From NCBI GenBank assembly GCA_016861265.1, contig BOLA01000001.1, forward strand, positions 203,569-267,568: 64,000 bases of DNA, written 5' to 3'. The stretch is from Patescibacteria group bacterium (lineage in GTDB: Bacteria; Patescibacteriota; Dojkabacteria; J137). The notes under the pieces are model-generated. The model did no database searches. It had not been told where the DNA came from and saw only the letters and a list, made by a program, of their open reading frames with translations. Of the stretch, positions 59,779 through 64,000 are shown piece after piece. The position numbers and the translations under genes are program-made. How positions within the stretch are numbered: position 1 is the stretch's first letter; each line of letters starts with the position of its first letter.

Positions 59779-60174
59779 ATGTTTACAGATTTAAATACAA
59801 TGACAGATGATTCAGAGGGAGTTGTTTTAGAACATTTCACTAATAGGAATTCATTAAACCAGATAATAAGCCGTCTAGCAATATTATCGGGAGGATCCTA
59901 CGATGATTTCATAGCTACAGAGGTAGCCAGAATACTTGAAGACACCCAAGCCAGAGATAGTCTATTGCAGGATCTTAAGGGAATTATTGACTCTTCCGAG
60001 AGATATGGTCTTACATATTTAATAGGTAGACTTGAGGACTTCCCTGGTATTGAGACGGGTTTTGAAACCACACCAAACATTCAAATTAACCCTACTGATT
60101 CAGCAGAAAATAATAGAGCTAGGGTTGTTTATCAGCTTGTTTTGGATTTATATCAAAGACTGTCTGTTTCCTGA
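59779..60174 (+). CDS. hypothetical protein
   Basis: 131-aa ORF. Confidence 0.45.
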   Translation: MFTDLNTMTDDSEGVVLEHFTNRNSLNQIISRLAILSGGSYDDFIATEVARILEDTQARDSLLQDLKGIIDSSERYGLTYLIGRLEDFPGIETGFETTPNIQINPTDSAENNRARVVYQLVLDLYQRLSVS

Positions 60175-61076
60175 AACCAATTCTTGGGCACAGCTTTGAA
60201 GACAAGTTCCTCTCCACTCATATTCTTAATCTTAAGTGTGTGGGAATGTAGAAGCACTCTATTATATGGCACTCCATTATATAAGGTATCGCCTACTATA
60301 GGATATCCTAAACTTGCCAAGTGCACTCTAATTTGGTGAGTTCTTCCTGTATGTGGAATAACTCTTAGCTGGCTAAATTCATATTCGCCCATTTGTAAGT
60401 TTTTCTGGAAGAAAATATCAGTTTCGGCATACTCATTTTTTAATGAGTCTATTGCAACCCTATACCTAAAACCTTCCGGACTCTTGCCTATAAAACCACT
60501 AATTTTAATAAATGTCTGGCCTCTTAACTCATCATTAAAGTCACCTTTAACAACTGCCCAATACTCTTTAGCTACCTCTCTTTTCTTGAATTGCCTTGAA
60601 TAGAAGTTATGACTTTCAAGATTTTTACTGAATAGAATTACACCCGAAGTCTCTTTATCTAATCTATTCACTGGCCTTATTCTACTAAACGGGCTATCAC
60701 TATTTTGAATATGATATATTAGCCCATTCATTAAAGTATCGTTTAGATGATTATAGGATGGGTGTACTACTACGCCCTCCGCTTTATTAACCACAATGAT
60801 ATCGTCATCTTCGAATAGAATGTCTAATTCCATTTTTACAGGCTCAATCTCTGTAATTGTTGTCTGCGCTATATAATCCTTTAGCGCCTGTTCGTCAAAG
60901 GTTATTAGATCGCCTTCAACTAATATCTTATTGAATTTTGTGAATTCCCCGTTGACCTTTACTACCTTACTTAAGATAAGTTTTTTGACTGTGGATCTAG
61001 ATAAGGTCGGATAAACAATGCCAATATAAGAATCTAGTCTAGTTCTTTTTTTTAGATTTTCTGCTTTAATTTCCAT
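60153..61076 (-). CDS. rluD: RluA-family 23S rRNA pseudouridine synthase (RluD-like)
   Basis: N-terminal S4 domain and the HRLDKETSGVILFSK catalytic-Asp motif. Confidence 0.9.
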   Translation of the reverse strand: MEIKAENLKKRTRLDSYIGIVYPTLSRSTVKKLILSKVVKVNGEFTKFNKILVEGDLITFDEQALKDYIAQTTITEIEPVKMELDILFEDDDIIVVNKAEGVVVHPSYNHLNDTLMNGLIYHIQNSDSPFSRIRPVNRLDKETSGVILFSKNLESHNFYSRQFKKREVAKEYWAVVKGDFNDELRGQTFIKISGFIGKSPEGFRYRVAIDSLKNEYAETDIFFQKNLQMGEYEFSQLRVIPHTGRTHQIRVHLASLGYPIVGDTLYNGVPYNRVLLHSHTLKIKNMSGEELVFKAVPKNWFQETDSL

Positions 61077-61155
61077 AATCGAATTATACTATTAACTGGC
61101 AATGTACACCTAAATTTACTATAGTATAAATATTTAATTTATTTGTCCTTATATC

Positions 61156-62376
61156 ATGGATATTCAACAGAATACTGGTTCATTGGCACAACCGGTTACA
61201 ACTACACCCGAAGTAGAAGTAAAAATGCCTAAACGAAGAAATAAAGCCTGGATTTATGTAGGTATTACTGCAGGATTAATTGCATTAATAGCCCTTACCG
61301 TAGCCATAACTATATTATTAACTGGTAAAAAAGATTCTACAAACGGGACGGTTGATCAAAATATTGTAAGCTCTCCTAACCAAGAAACGTTACCTGAACA
61401 AGAAACTCCTGCTGAAAAGACTAAGGATATTAGCTTTGATATTAATACCTCAGTTTGGAATGGGAGTAAATCAATTAATGTAAATTTAGTAGTACCTGAA
61501 GACAGTACATATATTCAGGAAAATTCTAGTCATATACTTGGCTATAGAATAATTAACGGCGCTAACTCAATGTATGTGTTTATCCCTTACGAATCTATGC
61601 CTACAGCCTATACATCACTTACGGTTGTTGGGGCAAATTCACAATTTGGGACAATATCAAGATTTACAACATCTGTAGAAACAGATAAGAATACATATAT
61701 GTATACTACAAATGATAACTTAAATGGTATATGTAAGTCGCCAGAGGGAATGTATGGCTACAGTGAACCTTGTGGAGAAAGATTTATGGGAACTGCAAAT
61801 GGAGAATATATATTTATAAGCTGTCCAACTACTTCTAAAGACTTTTGCGATAAGGCAGTTCTAAGCATTAATGTTAAAACAACTGTAGTTGAGGAAAGTA
61901 CAAAATCAATTTCAGCCGAAATCGACTTTGGGGAATGGATGTCGCAGACAGTTCAAAAATTCGAAGTTGCTAACGTTCCGATGAATGCAACGTATACCCA
62001 AGTAAGTGAACAAGGGAACAGAGTAAAGGGTTATAGAATTCAAAATGAAAATTTTAGTTTACTATTATATTATCCATACGAAAGCTTTCCAGGACAAATT
62101 CTTTCTGAAGAAGGTAATATTACTAACGAACAATTTGGCACTATAAAAAGACTTAAGTTCAAAGATGCTGGTGATAATAGTTACTATGTAAACCAGACCA
62201 ATTATTTTGATTGCAGCGAGATAAATGTAAGCGGCTGGGAAGGCAAATGTGCCGGCTTCTTTATGAAAGAAAGCGATGGAACAAATGGTGAACATATATT
62301 TGCGATTTGTGAAAAAGGTTTCGAAACTTGCGACAAGATTATCGCTACATTAAAAGTCTCTTCCAGACAATTGTAA
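61156..62376 (+). CDS. membrane-anchored extracellular protein with two tandem roughly 130-aa Cys-containing repeat domains
   Basis: internal duplication GYRI.N.......PYES.P ... QFGTI.R ... C ... GE.IF..C...F..CDK. Confidence 0.55.
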   Translation: MDIQQNTGSLAQPVTTTPEVEVKMPKRRNKAWIYVGITAGLIALIALTVAITILLTGKKDSTNGTVDQNIVSSPNQETLPEQETPAEKTKDISFDINTSVWNGSKSINVNLVVPEDSTYIQENSSHILGYRIINGANSMYVFIPYESMPTAYTSLTVVGANSQFGTISRFTTSVETDKNTYMYTTNDNLNGICKSPEGMYGYSEPCGERFMGTANGEYIFISCPTTSKDFCDKAVLSINVKTTVVEESTKSISAEIDFGEWMSQTVQKFEVANVPMNATYTQVSEQGNRVKGYRIQNENFSLLLYYPYESFPGQILSEEGNITNEQFGTIKRLKFKDAGDNSYYVNQTNYFDCSEINVSGWEGKCAGFFMKESDGTNGEHIFAICEKGFETCDKIIATLKVSSRQL

Positions 62377-62385
62377 TTACCAAGG

Positions 62386-63840
62386 CTAGAGTCTTCTTCG
62401 GATTCTAGCCTTTGTTTCTGTCATAAATGCATGTTTTAGCCAGTCAAGACTAACATTATCTTTCTTTTGAATTATTATTTCGACAACATCTCCAGTTTGT
62501 AAGACATAATCCATACTTACCATTTTACCGTTGACCTTTGCACCTATGTATTTATAGCCAATATCTGTATGTATTCTGAATGCAAAATCAATTGGGGTTG
62601 ATCCTTTGTCGAGTCTAATAACCAATCCTTTAGGCGTGAATACAAAAACACTATCTGCAAATAGTTTTATTCTATATTTATCATTACCCTTTTCCTGCCA
62701 CTTTAATAGATCCTCTGTTAGTGTAAAATTACCATTTTCACCTTTTGACTTTAGTTTATATAAAACATGACTTGCCGGTCCATATTCATTGTACTCGTGC
62801 ATTTCCATGGTCCTTATCTGAAGCTCAAGAGTAGTATCCATGTAATTAAGTAGTAAATGTATTGACTTATAACCGTTTGGTTTTGGGTTTGAGATATAGT
62901 CATTAAATTCTTCTGGTTTAATACCGTATTTAGACTGTACTAAGCCCAATACCATATAACATTCCTCTACCGTATTGACTATTACCCTTGCTGCGTAAAT
63001 ATCGAATAGATTCCTAACTAGTTCAGGTGTGAGTTCAGTATTATCTGTTAAGAATTTCCTTTTAATCTTTAGATATGCACTGTAGATTCCTTTTTTTCTA
63101 ACCTGTATAGGGTGACAGTTAATATTATATTGCTTAAGCATGTTAGTAATTTCCTGTTCAAATGTACTAAAGATATTCTGCGAACTCTTAAAATAATTCT
63201 CTATTTGATCGGTAATTATTTTATATTCCTTTGGTTTTAATATTTTGAAGGCTTGTTCCTCTATTAATGACTGCACTATTCCTAATCCTAGGTATTCAGC
63301 TAAAGGTCCATATATCTTTAGTGCTCTTTCGGCTGCTCTTTTTTGTTTTTCTTCAGATAAAGAACTTATATTTAGTAGACTGTGAAGCTTTTCAAGTAGT
63401 CTTACTATTAAAATTCTCACATCTTCTGTTGCATTAAAGATAAGCTTCTTAAAATTCTCCATATCCAGGTGCTCATCGTCAATTTCTACATTTTGTGAAA
63501 GTTTTCTAATATGGGACAGTCCATCTACAATAAAGGCAACGTCTGTACCAAATTGCTTATCGATTTCATTCATAGAAACAGGAGATCGCTCCAGAACATC
63601 GTGAAGTATTGCAGCAACTACCGATACTACATCTAAATTCAGCTCTGCTACATATTTTGCAACTGTAAGAACATGTGAAATTTGAGTTTCTCCAGATATT
63701 CTTAGTGAATCTGTATGTACACTAAGTGCGTATTTATAAGCCGCAGTAATTAAATCCATTTCCTTTGGATCCAAGTCTTTTGGAAGAAAACTCTTAAGCT
63801 CCTCCAGTGTATTTATGGCCGTAAGATCAAAATTATGCAT
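62386..63840 (-). CDS. rel: RelA/SpoT-family (p)ppGpp synthetase/hydrolase (short form: HD, synthetase and TGS domains, no ACT)
   Basis: HD motif AAILHDVLE, synthetase YKSIHLLLNY...ELQIRTMEMHEYNEYGPASH, and a TGS domain. Confidence 0.9.
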   Translation of the reverse strand: MHNFDLTAINTLEELKSFLPKDLDPKEMDLITAAYKYALSVHTDSLRISGETQISHVLTVAKYVAELNLDVVSVVAAILHDVLERSPVSMNEIDKQFGTDVAFIVDGLSHIRKLSQNVEIDDEHLDMENFKKLIFNATEDVRILIVRLLEKLHSLLNISSLSEEKQKRAAERALKIYGPLAEYLGLGIVQSLIEEQAFKILKPKEYKIITDQIENYFKSSQNIFSTFEQEITNMLKQYNINCHPIQVRKKGIYSAYLKIKRKFLTDNTELTPELVRNLFDIYAARVIVNTVEECYMVLGLVQSKYGIKPEEFNDYISNPKPNGYKSIHLLLNYMDTTLELQIRTMEMHEYNEYGPASHVLYKLKSKGENGNFTLTEDLLKWQEKGNDKYRIKLFADSVFVFTPKGLVIRLDKGSTPIDFAFRIHTDIGYKYIGAKVNGKMVSMDYVLQTGDVVEIIIQKKDNVSLDWLKHAFMTETKARIRRRL

Positions 63841-63879
63841 GCCCTATAATTACAAGTACACTTATTTTAACAGAACTAG

Positions 63880-64000
63880 TCAATTAGTCTGAGTCTCTTT
63901 TGAAAATTTTACGAATACGAAATAAAGAAGTACAGGCAGAGCCGCTATCGAAGTAATTGAGAAGGCGATACTTGAATTGAACCTATCGATTAAAGCTCCC
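63880..64000 (-). CDS. partial CDS, C-terminus only (...LPVLLYFVFVKFSKETQTN*); hydrophobic
   Basis: open minus-strand frame from the window edge to a TGA at plus 63880-63882. Confidence 0.3.
   Translation of the reverse strand, partial: GALIDRFNSSIAFSITSIAALPVLLYFVFVKFSKETQTN

Noticed and set aside
62065-62295. 76-aa antisense ORF inside the tandem-repeat surface gene
   Set aside because: It is nested antisense with hydrophobic low-complexity translation and no support.
1-64000. Search for tRNA genes, rRNA fragments, CRISPR repeats, transposases or integrases
   Set aside because: No intergenic segment shows tRNA T-arm or acceptor features. I saw no regularly spaced direct repeats and no DDE, HUH or tyrosine-recombinase-like ORFs. 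The only mobile-like signature is the 13-bp inverted repeat pair around the GC-rich island.

Overview
This is a 64-kb window from a low-GC (about one-third G+C by eye), gene-dense bacterial chromosome with mostly short intergenic spacers. Its gene content looks like a reduced genome: truncated ThrRS, PheT and Rel, no sufD/sufS near sufB, and many unannotatable secreted proteins. Assigning it to a CPR/Patescibacteria-like lineage is my inference, not something I can show from sequence. Core genes I can recognise: rpmA and rplU (with terminator), proS, thrS, leuS, pheT, typA/bipA, asnB, a tRNA-dihydrouridine synthase, rluD-like, rel/spoT, sufB, sufC (25 kb apart), hemW-like radical SAM, rdgB, two tandem lepB signal peptidases, an FKBP PPIase, an OmpR-type two-component pair, an ABC-2 exporter, a membrane thioredoxin, a LysM protein, an Smr-domain protein and a frameshifted recO. 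An RNase P RNA gene (rnpB) lies in the 600-bp leuS-downstream spacer with an extended -10 promoter; a spurious ORF in the track overlaps it. I found no tRNA, rRNA, CRISPR array, transposase or integrase. Two regions stand out. (1) A 4.3-kb block (about 3941-8286) at clearly higher GC (near 50%) and different amino-acid usage carries a three-gene minus-strand operon: polytopic membrane protein, processive GT2 synthase with D/D/TED/QRSRW motifs, and a signal-peptide TIM-barrel-like hydrolase. It is bracketed by a perfect 13-bp inverted repeat, which points to a horizontally acquired exopolysaccharide-synthase cassette. (2) At 49.5-56.2 kb two adjacent paralogous surface proteins share near-identical N-terminal signal anchors and a C-terminal tail of the form [L/I]PxTA[L/I]-acidic-[K/R]-LLLIGA-TM-basic, which looks like a sortase sorting signal. 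One of them is extremely Cys-rich and built from three 46-aa six-Cys modules, an FN3-like insert and two 26-aa modules. They are followed by a lamin-tail-domain protein with a related C-terminal anchor, a YgjP-like metallohydrolase and a small membrane protein. No sortase or exosortase is visible in the window. Hand-derived coordinates (terminators, repeats, rnpB ends) may be off by a base or two, because my reading disagreed with the ORF track by single bases in two places.
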